Of a DNA stretch of 49,631 bases, positions 26,200 through 36,100 are shown piece by piece. The DNA lies in IMG/VR virus record IMGVR_UViG_3300036985_009087, positions 1 to 49,631 of that record; one strand, given 5' to 3'. Position numbers and translations under genes: made by a program. Positions within the stretch are counted from its first letter, which is position 1. Each line of letters opens with the position of its first letter. This DNA is from a virus (Duplodnaviria; Caudoviricetes). The notes under the pieces are model-generated. The model saw only the letters and a list, made by a program, of their open reading frames with translations, ran no database searches and had not been told where the DNA came from.

Positions 26200-27563
26200 T
26201 ATTCTTGTTTAGCTTGTTGAATTATCAGTCCTTCTAATTTTTTATACAACTCTGAATACTCTTTTGAAGCAGGATCTACCTTAACAATTCGTTGGTCAAG
26301 TTCATTAATTTGATCTTGTAATTGGGTCTTTACCGCTGCACTTTTGAAATATCCAGAAACGTCAAAACCGCCGTCTTTGGCCGAATTTAGATAGTTGCTT
26401 CTCGAAGACTTAAGTTTCTTTTCAAGTTGTTCCATTAAACCCTCGGCAAGTTCGGATTCCGTTCTTACATTCGGCACCATCGATTTGTAGCGCGCCACGT
26501 CTTCATTTGTCAAAACGCCAACTTCGCCAAAGACTGATCTAGCTAATCCTGGGACAATGCTTTCAACAAGTTTATTGAGTCTTTGCGCCCCAACGTCGTA
26601 AGGATTTTTTTCCTTGAAAATACCGACTAACGGTCCGCGGGTTACATCTTTCATCCGCGTTTTAATGTCTTGCAGTGATGCTCCTAACTCGTCATATTGA
26701 GCCATTCTTGTCACAAAAGTGTCGGTTACTGGTCTCCCTTCGCCTTTTGGTTTTACAGTTACGGTTCCACTTGGAGTTTTATAAGTTTGCGACGTAATTT
26801 CGGATCCCTCAGGTATTTTTACTGCGCCTAAGGGAGAATCACTTTTATCGTATGGATCGCCTACACGTTTGCCAGTAATCCGATCCATGAGTATAACTTT
26901 GTTGGTTCCTTTAATAGGCACTTCTACGAATGGCGATGGGAGTTCGGATTGCGCCAATGGCGCGGCACTTGCAGGCGCTCCCGCTTGTCGATTATCGTAC
27001 GAAAATTGTTCGACTGCTTTTCCAGGTTTTTCTGTAAAACCAAATCCAAATTTACTGCCAGACGGAATATCTTGCGGAAATAACGAGGCGCCTACATCAC
27101 CTAATGACGTAGTTCCGGTAGGCAAAGCTTCTGGCGGTAAAGGACTGTAGTAGTTTGCCGCAGTTTGTTCGCGCCGTTCTTTATCTATTTGAAGTTTCGT
27201 TAGCGTGTCTTTGAGCGTATTATCTTCGGACTTTAAGTCGGCGAGATAGACATTTTGTAAAAACTGGTTGAGATCTTCTTCTTCCTCTAGCTTGGCTTTT
27301 TCTTTTAATAGTTCTTTTTCGTGTTCTTGCTCGAATCTTTGAGATATGCCTTCGGCTACACCTTTGACGCCGAGAGTGACGCCAGACAAGAGATTTTCAG
27401 TTGCTTGCTGTTGACCTCTCATCCAAGTGTCAATTCCTGGATCAGGAAGATTCCCAACATCAGGAACAAGACTGGCACCACTAACAAAATCAAATCTTGG
27501 TCCTTGGACTGTCGCAAGACTTTGCCTTTGTGGTGTTGAAAACTGAAATCCTCCTGTTTGCAT
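26199..27563 (-). CDS. Probable internal virion/ejection protein
   Basis: 454 aa, coiled-coil rich, GVLTNEDV motif; directly upstream of and coupled to the giant protein. Confidence 0.6.
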   Translation of the reverse strand: MQTGGFQFSTPQRQSLATVQGPRFDFVSGASLVPDVGNLPDPGIDTWMRGQQQATENLLSGVTLGVKGVAEGISQRFEQEHEKELLKEKAKLEEEEDLNQFLQNVYLADLKSEDNTLKDTLTKLQIDKERREQTAANYYSPLPPEALPTGTTSLGDVGASLFPQDIPSGSKFGFGFTEKPGKAVEQFSYDNRQAGAPASAAPLAQSELPSPFVEVPIKGTNKVILMDRITGKRVGDPYDKSDSPLGAVKIPEGSEITSQTYKTPSGTVTVKPKGEGRPVTDTFVTRMAQYDELGASLQDIKTRMKDVTRGPLVGIFKEKNPYDVGAQRLNKLVESIVPGLARSVFGEVGVLTNEDVARYKSMVPNVRTESELAEGLMEQLEKKLKSSRSNYLNSAKDGGFDVSGYFKSAAVKTQLQDQINELDQRIVKVDPASKEYSELYKKLEGLIIQQAKQE

Positions 27564-27565
27564 AA

Positions 27566-28114
27566 TTACATTCCTCCGAATCTTGTCTGTGGTGATGAAA
27601 ATGTCAGATTGGCAGCACGATTGATCGATTCTCCAAATTTTGTGAATGCTGATGTGTTTCTCGGGAGACCAAGAACTGTTGTTTTTGCAATAGCTGGAGC
27701 TGGCTCTTTCCCTAGATTTATTTCTTCAATAAATGCCTGACCACCTGTTGCTCTTCCTGCATAAGACCTAGATCTTTCCTCAAATTCTTTACGTCTTTTT
27801 TCACCTTCTTTTTTACTTTCACCTTCATACCTAGACTGTTCAGCTCTGGCATCGCTTGCTTTCTTCTCGCCAGCAAGTCTTGCTTTTTCTGCTGCAGCAA
27901 TTTCATCCATGGCTGTGGCTGCAGTGTATGGATTGGCTTGCTGTGTTGGCAGTTGCCTTTGCTGTGGCTGTGGCTGTGGCTGTGGCTGTGGCTGTGGCTG
28001 TGGCTGTGGCTTTGGCTGTGGCTGTGGCTTTGGAACATACTTTTGGTATCCTGTGTTCTGCTTTCCTTTATCCGTTAGCCAAGGAAAAGGGTCTGCATTT
28101 TTATTTTTAGCCAT
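27566..28114 (-). CDS. Low-complexity putative internal virion protein with (PQ)n tract
   Basis: 182 aa, co-oriented and tightly packed; ends FSSPQTRFGGM. Confidence 0.7.
   Translation of the reverse strand: MAKNKNADPFPWLTDKGKQNTGYQKYVPKPQPQPKPQPQPQPQPQPQPQPQQRQLPTQQANPYTAATAMDEIAAAEKARLAGEKKASDARAEQSRYEGESKKEGEKRRKEFEERSRSYAGRATGGQAFIEEINLGKEPAPAIAKTTVLGLPRNTSAFTKFGESINRAANLTFSSPQTRFGGM
27961..28033. repeat. Hexanucleotide tandem repeat (GCTGTG)n, about 12 units, encoding Pro-Gln
   Basis: Read directly; two units are GCTTTG (Pro-Lys). Confidence 0.95.
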
Positions 28115-28117
28115 AAA

Positions 28118-28618
28118 TTATAGCCCTCCAATTCGAGCTTGCTGCGTTGGATACATCATATTTGCTGGCTTTACGATGCTTGTTCCGAATGGCGTCAATC
28201 CAGGAGCAGGAGCAGAGGATTTTGATTTATCGCCAATTCTCTGGTTGATGGCAGAAGTCGTGGAATCTACCATTGTGCTGTCTGATGGTGCTCCACCTGC
28301 CTGATTTGCAAAAGTTTCTGTTGCTCCTTTATATTGATCTAAAGAAGTAGAGTCTTTTGCCATTTGCTTTTCATTCCAGAGCTCTTGATCGCGCTTTGCT
28401 TCATCAATTTTTCGCTGTGCTTCTTCAGCTTTGCGCGTTTCATCATACTGTTTGCGCGTATCTTCGTATTGCCGTGCGTTCTCTTTGCGCTGATTTGCCA
28501 TTTCAGTTGCCCAAATCTGCATCGAGTTGTCCTGCTGCTGAATAGGCTGTTGATACTGTTGATTGTTATTGTTATTATTGCTACCACTTCTGCTTTTTGA
28601 TTTGCTTCTTCCGCCCAT
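28118..28618 (-). CDS. Low-complexity putative internal virion protein (MGG start)
   Basis: 166 aa, N/Q-rich, coiled coil; GGAGGAG SD upstream; ends YPTQQARIGGL. Confidence 0.75.
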   Translation of the reverse strand: MGGRSKSKSRSGSNNNNNNQQYQQPIQQQDNSMQIWATEMANQRKENARQYEDTRKQYDETRKAEEAQRKIDEAKRDQELWNEKQMAKDSTSLDQYKGATETFANQAGGAPSDSTMVDSTTSAINQRIGDKSKSSAPAPGLTPFGTSIVKPANMMYPTQQARIGGL

Positions 28619-28646
28619 AACTACTCCTCCTTATTATTTTGTTTCA

Positions 28647-29000
28647 TTAAAATCCAATCCTGCGTTGTGTTGGATTGGAAAAGTTCGTTCCAGAAAACAA
28701 TCCACCTCCAGAAGTCCCTGTCTGAGGAGTGAATCCTGCAGCTTTATAACTTGCTGGAGAATTTGTCATAATTGGAGCATTTTGATCAGGAGAGTATCCA
28801 GACCTTTGACTCATTATTCCTTTGGCAGCAGAGTCAAATGCAGTATTGGCATATTGTCCTGCCATTTTATATGGATCATATCCATATTTTTGTTGATACT
28901 CTGCTGACATTCCTGTTGCTGCTGGCATTGCAGCTGCTGAGTTTGGCACAGATGCTGAAGTTGTAGCTGCAGGTGGTGGTGTTGATGATGATCCGCCCAT
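28647..29000 (-). CDS. Low-complexity putative internal virion protein (MGG start)
   Basis: 117 aa, A/S/T/P-rich; ends FSNPTQRRIGF. Confidence 0.7.
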   Translation of the reverse strand: MGGSSSTPPPAATTSASVPNSAAAMPAATGMSAEYQQKYGYDPYKMAGQYANTAFDSAAKGIMSQRSGYSPDQNAPIMTNSPASYKAAGFTPQTGTSGGGLFSGTNFSNPTQRRIGF

Positions 29001-29023
29001 ATTTTTATTTATTGTTGGTTTGA

Positions 29024-29311
29024 TTAATAATTTATTTTTCCGCTAGGACTAACTTTCCCGTGATATCGTTTTGCCCAAGCATCGGCTTGAGGAATATCCG
29101 AGAAAGATGGGTAATTGTTAATTCCAAATTTCATAGCAGTTGATACTGCTTGATCATCAGTTAATTTTTTGCCTTCCACCATTGTTGGAATGACATATTG
29201 CTTATTGTCTATCCCAAAAGTTCCAAGAAGTACATTACTCTGACTGCCATCTTGGTTTTGCACAGATGGATGCTTTGTCGGAAATCCTTTGTATGTTGCG
29301 CTTCCACCCAT
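29024..29311 (-). CDS. Small protein (MGG start) with a compact globular domain
   Basis: 95 aa; NQDGSQSN...VIPTMVEGK...YPSF..A..WA pattern. Confidence 0.7.
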   Translation of the reverse strand: MGGSATYKGFPTKHPSVQNQDGSQSNVLLGTFGIDNKQYVIPTMVEGKKLTDDQAVSTAMKFGINNYPSFSDIPQADAWAKRYHGKVSPSGKINY

Positions 29312-29352
29312 ATTACTTCATCGATTTTGCGCCTTTGCGTATAGTCCTGGTT

Positions 29353-30162
29353 TCATAATTCAGTCCTCAATCCGCAGTATGGAATTTTTGGTTCACAAGT
29401 TTGAACAAATTCAGAAACATTTGGAATCACACGACCACCAAGCTTAGGACATGGGACATAATCAGGAGTGCTGTTGCTTATGCAGTTTGTGCAAGTGTGA
29501 TAATAGTCGCTATTGAGGTGCTTGTCTAATTTTGTTTTTATGATCCCATCAATGATTTCATAGCGATTTTTGTCAAATGGAATATCATTATTCAGCGTGT
29601 AGTCTGAAATGTTTTTCTCTGTCCATTCCTTCAATGGAAACCAAATGTCTGCAGAATTTGGAATGCGTTGAATGTCGAGTTGCAAAGGAATTGGACCACT
29701 CAGCGGATCAACATCGCAGCTTTTGTGGCCACATATCAAACTGTCCCACAGAAACTCTATGTTGTCAACTTTTGGACGCAACAACCACTCAACTCCACAA
29801 ACATAATCTTTGCCATCTTCATGTGGCTCTGTTCCGCGAGCAATGATGAGATTTTCTTGCCCTATGGAATATGATTCCATAAAATCAATGCGATCTTTTC
29901 CATAACACAATCCGACAGACTTTGGCGAGGAATCATAAACTGTCAGATTTAAGTCCTGCGATATTTTATTTTGGAATTCCCACTTTGCTTTCATCCACGG
30001 CAGAGTCCACTGAATGCAGTCAATGTTTTTGTTGAGGACATTCTTGATTATAAAAAGAAGAACAGTGCTGTCTTTTCCTCCAGACCAAAGCAGTGCAGGT
30101 CGTTTCGATTTCTCGAAAACTAAAAGCAACGACTCGAGTGTTTTTTCTATCAATGTCATCAT
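29353..30162 (-). CDS. PAPS reductase-like / PP-loop adenine nucleotide alpha-hydrolase
   Basis: LLWSGGKDSTVLL PP-loop; FPLKEWT; C-terminal CTNC...CPK. Confidence 0.8.
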   Translation of the reverse strand: MMTLIEKTLESLLLVFEKSKRPALLWSGGKDSTVLLFIIKNVLNKNIDCIQWTLPWMKAKWEFQNKISQDLNLTVYDSSPKSVGLCYGKDRIDFMESYSIGQENLIIARGTEPHEDGKDYVCGVEWLLRPKVDNIEFLWDSLICGHKSCDVDPLSGPIPLQLDIQRIPNSADIWFPLKEWTEKNISDYTLNNDIPFDKNRYEIIDGIIKTKLDKHLNSDYYHTCTNCISNSTPDYVPCPKLGGRVIPNVSEFVQTCEPKIPYCGLRTEL

Positions 30163-30989
30163 TAGAAAATAATAGCAGCACCAGCGAGTGCTCCAGCAGC
30201 ACCAATGCCAGCACCCATTAGTGCAGTTTTGTTTCCTTCGCCAGCCACCGCAGCAGAATTCTCAGCTTGGAGATTCTGAGATCTCTGTTGAGCTTTAAGT
30301 TGAGCATTCTGACCTTTCCTTGCTGCATCCATTTGGCCAAATTGTTGGAAAGCATTCACTGTATTGTTGGACTGATTGCCCATCATACTTAAAATCTGAG
30401 CACGATAAGCATCACGCGCATTGGCATTTTCTGCAGCAAGCTGAGATTCGTAACTTGCTAGCTGACCTGGATCAAGACCTGCGAGTTGCATTGGATTTGC
30501 AGCCAAAAGCCTAGCTGCACGATCCTGTGATGCTGCACGATTTGCATAATAGTCCTCGCGACTTCTGTCTGCCAATGCAGAGCGAGCGAATCCTGAGCGA
30601 AGATTGGCACCTGTTGAAATGACATCAGACAGACCTTGTTTCAGCCACATATTGGAAAGCTCTTTGCTTGGGCCACCCTCAAGATCTTCAGCTGTTTGGC
30701 GTGTCAATCCCCTACGCACCTCAGCCAAGCGAGGATCCATTCGCTCCTCAAGAGCTCGTGATTTTAGGGCATTAATTTCAGCCTCTCGAGCAGCACCTCT
30801 TTGCATTGTGTCAACTTGACGCTCGCGAATTTCTGGCGCCATCCTTATGGCCATATCAGTGATCCCTGAGCCAAGACCGAGCCCAGAAATCATATTTCTT
30901 GTATACATTGGATCGTCTTGGACTCCTGCACCTCCAGGACCATCAATGTTCGTCTTGTCAAGTTTTACTTTTGGCGTTCCTCCTCCCAT
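30162..30989 (-). CDS. Probable DNA pilot/ejection protein (MGG start)
   Basis: Helical Q/A/R-rich body with C-terminal glycine-zipper MGAGIGAAGALAGAAIIF. Confidence 0.6.
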   Translation of the reverse strand: MGGGTPKVKLDKTNIDGPGGAGVQDDPMYTRNMISGLGLGSGITDMAIRMAPEIRERQVDTMQRGAAREAEINALKSRALEERMDPRLAEVRRGLTRQTAEDLEGGPSKELSNMWLKQGLSDVISTGANLRSGFARSALADRSREDYYANRAASQDRAARLLAANPMQLAGLDPGQLASYESQLAAENANARDAYRAQILSMMGNQSNNTVNAFQQFGQMDAARKGQNAQLKAQQRSQNLQAENSAAVAGEGNKTALMGAGIGAAGALAGAAIIF

Positions 30990-30991
30990 AA

Positions 30992-31375
30992 TTATTCTCC
31001 TATTGTTGCGTATATTTCTCGATCTATTTTTTGAAATCCTTGTGCTTCAATCATCGCCTTTGGAAATGTGCTCCTTGTTTCGTCAAGTGGCACACCAATG
31101 AATCCTTCGCCAGCACTCACAAACTGGCAGTGTGCCTTGAATCCTTGAACAACTTCAATAATTCCTCTCGGAGTTACAACTCCTGGATGGAATGCTGGGA
31201 AGGCCACAGGAAGGTAAACTATGTCAGCGTAGCCGAATGTTTTGTCGTCACGCTCGAATGCGAACAACTTGGCATTGCGTTGTGGCACGATCACATGATC
31301 AAAACTCGCAGCAAATTGCTGCATCTTTGCAAAGTCTTCACTGAATGGGGAAACTTCTACGAATTTTGTTTTCAT
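30992..31375 (-). CDS. Hypothetical virion-module protein, possibly degenerate GNAT-like (T7 gp13 position)
   Basis: 127 aa ending ..MIEAQGFQKI..; lies between tail fibre and ejection genes; fold is inference. Confidence 0.45.
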   Translation of the reverse strand: MKTKFVEVSPFSEDFAKMQQFAASFDHVIVPQRNAKLFAFERDDKTFGYADIVYLPVAFPAFHPGVVTPRGIIEVVQGFKAHCQFVSAGEGFIGVPLDETRSTFPKAMIEAQGFQKIDREIYATIGE

Positions 31376-32604
31376 CAGCGTGTGGCAGTGACGACAAGAC
31401 TAACATCATGAACAATATTTGTTGCAGCAACAGCAGTGGCTGTCACTATTTGAAATCCAAAACCTGTTTTCGTTTTAACTAAATTATATAATCCAGCAGT
31501 TACTGACAAGTAAGCTTGGGCAGTTCCATTTGTTCCAACCATTCCACCTACGCAGTATGAGGAGTCTGTGAATGAATTTATAAATGACAAAGTGTAATTT
31601 GAAATTGCATTTCTTGTCAATGTTGCATTATAACTTGCACGGATGCCAGTGCCAATGAATGTAAATGTACTTGCAGACTGCACTGCTGTTGCTGCACCAG
31701 AAAGCATCTTGAATTCAAGTTGAGTGGCAGAAATTGCACGAGTAATTTCAATTCCAAGAGTTGAAACATTCACTCCGCCAAGAGTTGCTCCAGCAATACT
31801 TGCAATACTTGGAATTTTAAAAATCATACCAACAAAACGATCTCCTTGAAATGTCGTTGAGTTTGTCATGGTCCAGGTGCCTAGGTTGCTTCCCAAAACA
31901 GTTGCAAGGGTTGATCCTGTGGCTGCAACGATGGTGCCTGAAGCTGCTATAACACCAGCTGTGCAAGTTAGTGTTCCAGCTTCAATTACTCCTGGGTCAA
32001 AATTTATCGAAGCAGAATTGACACGCTTCCTGACATTCTTTGTGTAATCCGCATCATCGCTAAGATTCTGGTATTTTATTGTCAGGTTAGCAGCTTTTAA
32101 AGTTGCAGGAGTTACTGCAGTTGTCGCTTCAGTTCCAGCATCTACTGCTGCCTGTGTAGCAAGGAACATGACACCTTTCACTGTTTCAGAAGCTGGTGGA
32201 TAGGAAAATCCAGTCCCTCCAAGTGTGTATGATCCAGGAGGAATGCCTGTGATGACAAGATCAATGGCAAAGAATGCAGCAGTCGTGCTCACCTTAACGA
32301 CAATTGGAGATGTCTGAGAATAAACAGCAAAAAGAATGCCTGTGCTTGTTATGATGCCAATTTCCTGGCAAGTGTATGTGTCGGTCGTCTCGTCGGAAAC
32401 TGTAAAATGGATCGTGTCAGAAGAAGGATTGGAAAATCCTGAAGGAGTCAAAGATTTTATCGGAGCTTGAAGTGCTGTCTGAGTTGGTTGAGGTGTGTAT
32501 CCAGAGTTCCCAATTTGAACTGTAGAAAGGACAACTGGACCAAGAGTTCCTGCCTGTGCAATTGCAGCTCTGCCAACATTTGTTATTACAAAATTTAGTG
32601 CCAT
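31375..32604 (-). CDS. Tail fibre protein
   Basis: N-terminal ITNVGRAAIAQA...EIGI...LFAVY tail-collar-like domain; ASETVKGV..ATQA..AGT...VTPATL fibre repeat. Confidence 0.8.
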   Translation of the reverse strand: MALNFVITNVGRAAIAQAGTLGPVVLSTVQIGNSGYTPQPTQTALQAPIKSLTPSGFSNPSSDTIHFTVSDETTDTYTCQEIGIITSTGILFAVYSQTSPIVVKVSTTAAFFAIDLVITGIPPGSYTLGGTGFSYPPASETVKGVMFLATQAAVDAGTEATTAVTPATLKAANLTIKYQNLSDDADYTKNVRKRVNSASINFDPGVIEAGTLTCTAGVIAASGTIVAATGSTLATVLGSNLGTWTMTNSTTFQGDRFVGMIFKIPSIASIAGATLGGVNVSTLGIEITRAISATQLEFKMLSGAATAVQSASTFTFIGTGIRASYNATLTRNAISNYTLSFINSFTDSSYCVGGMVGTNGTAQAYLSVTAGLYNLVKTKTGFGFQIVTATAVAATNIVHDVSLVVTATR

Positions 32605-32650
32605 TTTATTATTTATATCATTTGGTTATAATTTCAAAAAGAAAACACAA

Positions 32651-33178
32651 TTATGTATATGTTTTTGAAAAAGGTGTTCCAGAAACGACAGTTGTTGGTG
32701 TTGTCCCATCGCCCCAATTTACAGCTGTGTTTGGATTATCCGTTGTAATTATCATATTTGAAATTGAAAGTGCCGTCCCAGGAACAGAATTTAGTGTCCA
32801 GAAAATTGGCGAAGAAACAAAATCAAATCGCTCCCATGTGATCTGTCTTGATATTGAAAAATTATTAACTTCAGCGTCCAAATCAACATCAACTCTTTCA
32901 AGCGAGCCAGACGGGATTGGAGGTATAACTGGAACTTGCGTTGTTGAAGAAATTGAATTCTGAGGAATAATTATTTTTTCTTCCGCAAGTTGAATTAGGA
33001 ATCTCTGGAGTTTGTTTCTGTTTAATGAAGTTATTGAGCAAGGAAGACAATCATCATCATTTGCTCCTTTTATTGCTATAGATGAATAGAGAGCAATCGG
33101 AGGTCTGTCCGAAAACGGACTTATAAAAGCACTCGCTTGAGTTCCAGAATAGTTTTTTATGTCTGTTGCAGAAGGCAT
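32651..33178 (-). CDS. Hypothetical tail-module protein
   Basis: 175 aa; C-terminal VNWGDG..SKTY PKD-like motif. Confidence 0.6.
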   Translation of the reverse strand: MPSATDIKNYSGTQASAFISPFSDRPPIALYSSIAIKGANDDDCLPCSITSLNRNKLQRFLIQLAEEKIIIPQNSISSTTQVPVIPPIPSGSLERVDVDLDAEVNNFSISRQITWERFDFVSSPIFWTLNSVPGTALSISNMIITTDNPNTAVNWGDGTTPTTVVSGTPFSKTYT

Positions 33179-33179
33179 A

Positions 33180-36100
33180 TTATTGGCATGTTACTCCAGA
33201 ATCAACATACTCCTGAGCTATGAGCAATGCTCTATTGTCCGCATCAACTTGGCTAATTTCGCTCCTGTAAACTCCACCAATTGAATAAGAAAATAATGAT
33301 TCAAGGAAATTTCCTGCTGAGCCAATCCTTACGAATCTGCTTGCATCTTCTCCATCGAATTGTGTGAATTTTCCAACAGCGATAATATTTCCACCACTTA
33401 TTATGATCTGATTCACAACATCATCAAATCCTGCTCCTGGATTGAATGAAAGATCAATTGCTCCTGCTGGAGATATTTTTACTATCCTGTTTATTGAATT
33501 TCCATTGTATGATGTGAATGATCCTGCTGCATAAACAGCACCTGTGCTATCAATGATAATGGACTTTGCAGCTGTCCCAGAACTAAACCCACTCCCGACA
33601 TTGAAAGAGGTGTCAACATTTCCATTTGCCAACAACCTAACTATGTTCTTGTTGGAATTTATTCCGACAGAAGAAAATATTATTTTTCCATCTGTTTGAA
33701 GAGCCAAAGCATAAAAATTGTTGTCTGGAGCATTGTGCTCGTAATGAGTAAATGTTGCATCATTAGTTCCATTTGCATTTAATCTATTGACAGAAACTTT
33801 TGAATTCGTCCCATATCCAGCAATTATAATTTTCCCGTCTGGCTGTTCTATAAAATCCTTAACAGCAACAAATGGGATGGTGAATGCTTGTGAAACTGTC
33901 CCATCTGCATTCAGTTTTACAAATGGAGAGGCCAATGAAGTTCCATTGTAACTTGTAAATGTTCCAGAGACGAATATTTTCTGGCCATCGTTGGCAATTT
34001 TAACTTTCCTTGCAGTGCCTGTTGCAAATCCTGTCCCAAAAGTTGGAGTTGGAGAAAGACTTCCACTTGTTGTTATTTTTGCTATACAACTACGATTTTC
34101 ACCTGCATATTTTGCAAAATCCCCAACACAGATTGTGGATCCATCTGCAAAATTAGCAATTGAATAAACATTGTAATTCAGTGAAGGGTCTGCTGGATTG
34201 AATGGCATATTCACAAACCCATTTGCATTTATGTTTGAAGCTGTAAAATTTGTAATTCTTCCGCCAGTTATTAAATCTTTTGCAGTTATTTTTCCTTGAA
34301 CTCGAGTATTGTCATACCAGAAGTTCCCAACAAGAATGAATCTGTCTGGAATTATGCAAAGTGAATTTATTTCTTCATTTATTGTGCTTGTGCAAGTTCC
34401 ATTTACAAATTTTACACCATCGTAGTAGCAAGGATATTCCTCAATAACTACAGCGAGTTGATTTTCGGCTGTTTGTTGTGCAATTGAAAGAGCGAAAGTG
34501 TCAGCGTCTTCCTGAGAAACTTTTGATCTGTATGTTGCAATGGCAGTTACAGAAGTTATCCCTGTCACGGAAGGAGAAGGGCAAATCCGCTCTGCTTTGT
34601 ATGACTGCGTAGAGACGAATATATTTGAAACTGCTCTTTCGAATCTTTCACCAACTGGTATAAAATCTGAAGCTATTTCATATAAGTGATTTATTCCACT
34701 CTCATCAACTATGCATGCTTTTGTTTCATTCTTTTCACACTTTCCATCAGAAGGCTCTGGATATGGCTCCATGAATATCCTTATAGATTCCACAGCCAAC
34801 TGTCCGCACCACCTGACTAACAAGCTGAATGCTTTGTCTATGCTTTCTACATTTTCACTTTCACAAGTTGGACAGTTATTTTCTAAATTTCCATACTCTG
34901 TCAAAAGTCTTCTATTTTGCTTTCTCAGAGTTCCAAGTTCTGCAGATTCTTCGGACGAAATGTTCGCTCCTGTATCTTCAATTAAAATTGGAGCAATTAT
35001 TTCTTTACACAAAACATTTTTATAAGCTCCGCGCATCCCTCTATAATCAACTCTAAAGGAAACGTCGCCTGCAATCTCAATCAGATTCAGGTCTGAATAA
35101 AGGAAAACTTTTAGGTCGTGTCCATCGCCCATCAGTCTTGTTTCAAACTCGCAATAGATTGGACGCTTGTAATATGCAAGTTCATTGTCAGCACCAAGCT
35201 CAAAGAATGAGTCTTCTCGCTCAGGCATGAATGCTTCCCATATATGGTTATGACTTCCGTCAGAAAGTGAATTGTAGTCAACAGAAGCAGCAAATGCTCG
35301 TCGTCTGTTACTTATGTTTGCAGACACCCATTGAACTGGCCTGATGCCTGTCCAGACGCTTGACCATGCAGGAATTTTCTCTGCAGACGCTTCACTCATC
35401 GTCGCGTAATCCAAAACAAATGTCTCTGAATTCAAATTTTCATTCACTGGAGCAGAAACAAGAAGATAGTTCTCAAAACTGACAGAACATATTCCTGATT
35501 GATCTGAGTTTAATGATTGTTTGCTGAATGCCATCTCAGCATCACGGAAATTAATCTGACTTGTCAAATTTGATGAAGCAGCAGCATCAGAAGAAACAAG
35601 ACCACCAGAGCTATACCACCACATCAAACCTGATTGGAAAACAATGCTCCTTCCTGCCACGCATCCTGTGCTTGGAAATAGTATGGATTGAAAATTAGCA
35701 GTTGTTGCCCATTTTTCCCTGTCCCTTATTCCAGACTGAATAACTTCGCTCCTGCTGTCAGTAAAAATAGAAAGAATTTCTGCTCTATTTTCACCAACGA
35801 ATCCAACGAGTCCTGTTATATTTTTAGAAAAAAGGAAATCTCCACGACTTGTGCCATCAATTCTTTCAGAAAAAGACAAAGGATCAAACAAGTCTGAAGC
35901 AACAAGGACTTTTCCTCTAGCGACCCATAGTCTTCCGCCAGAAAATGCCATCCATGTTCCTTTTGGTGTTTGGAGAAAAGGCTCAGCCTCTTTGAGATGA
36001 GAGGATTCGTATCCATCCCAATAGGCTGCATCATTCAGCCCATCCTGGATCATCAAAACATTGTAGCTCGGAATAAGTTGTATTGTTTGATTTGCGAGAG

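Noticed and set aside
27718-28304. Alternative-frame ORFs with poly(CG), poly(HS) and poly(VA) peptides
   Set aside because: They are shadows of the hexamer repeat; the PQ frame is co-oriented and packs with its neighbours.
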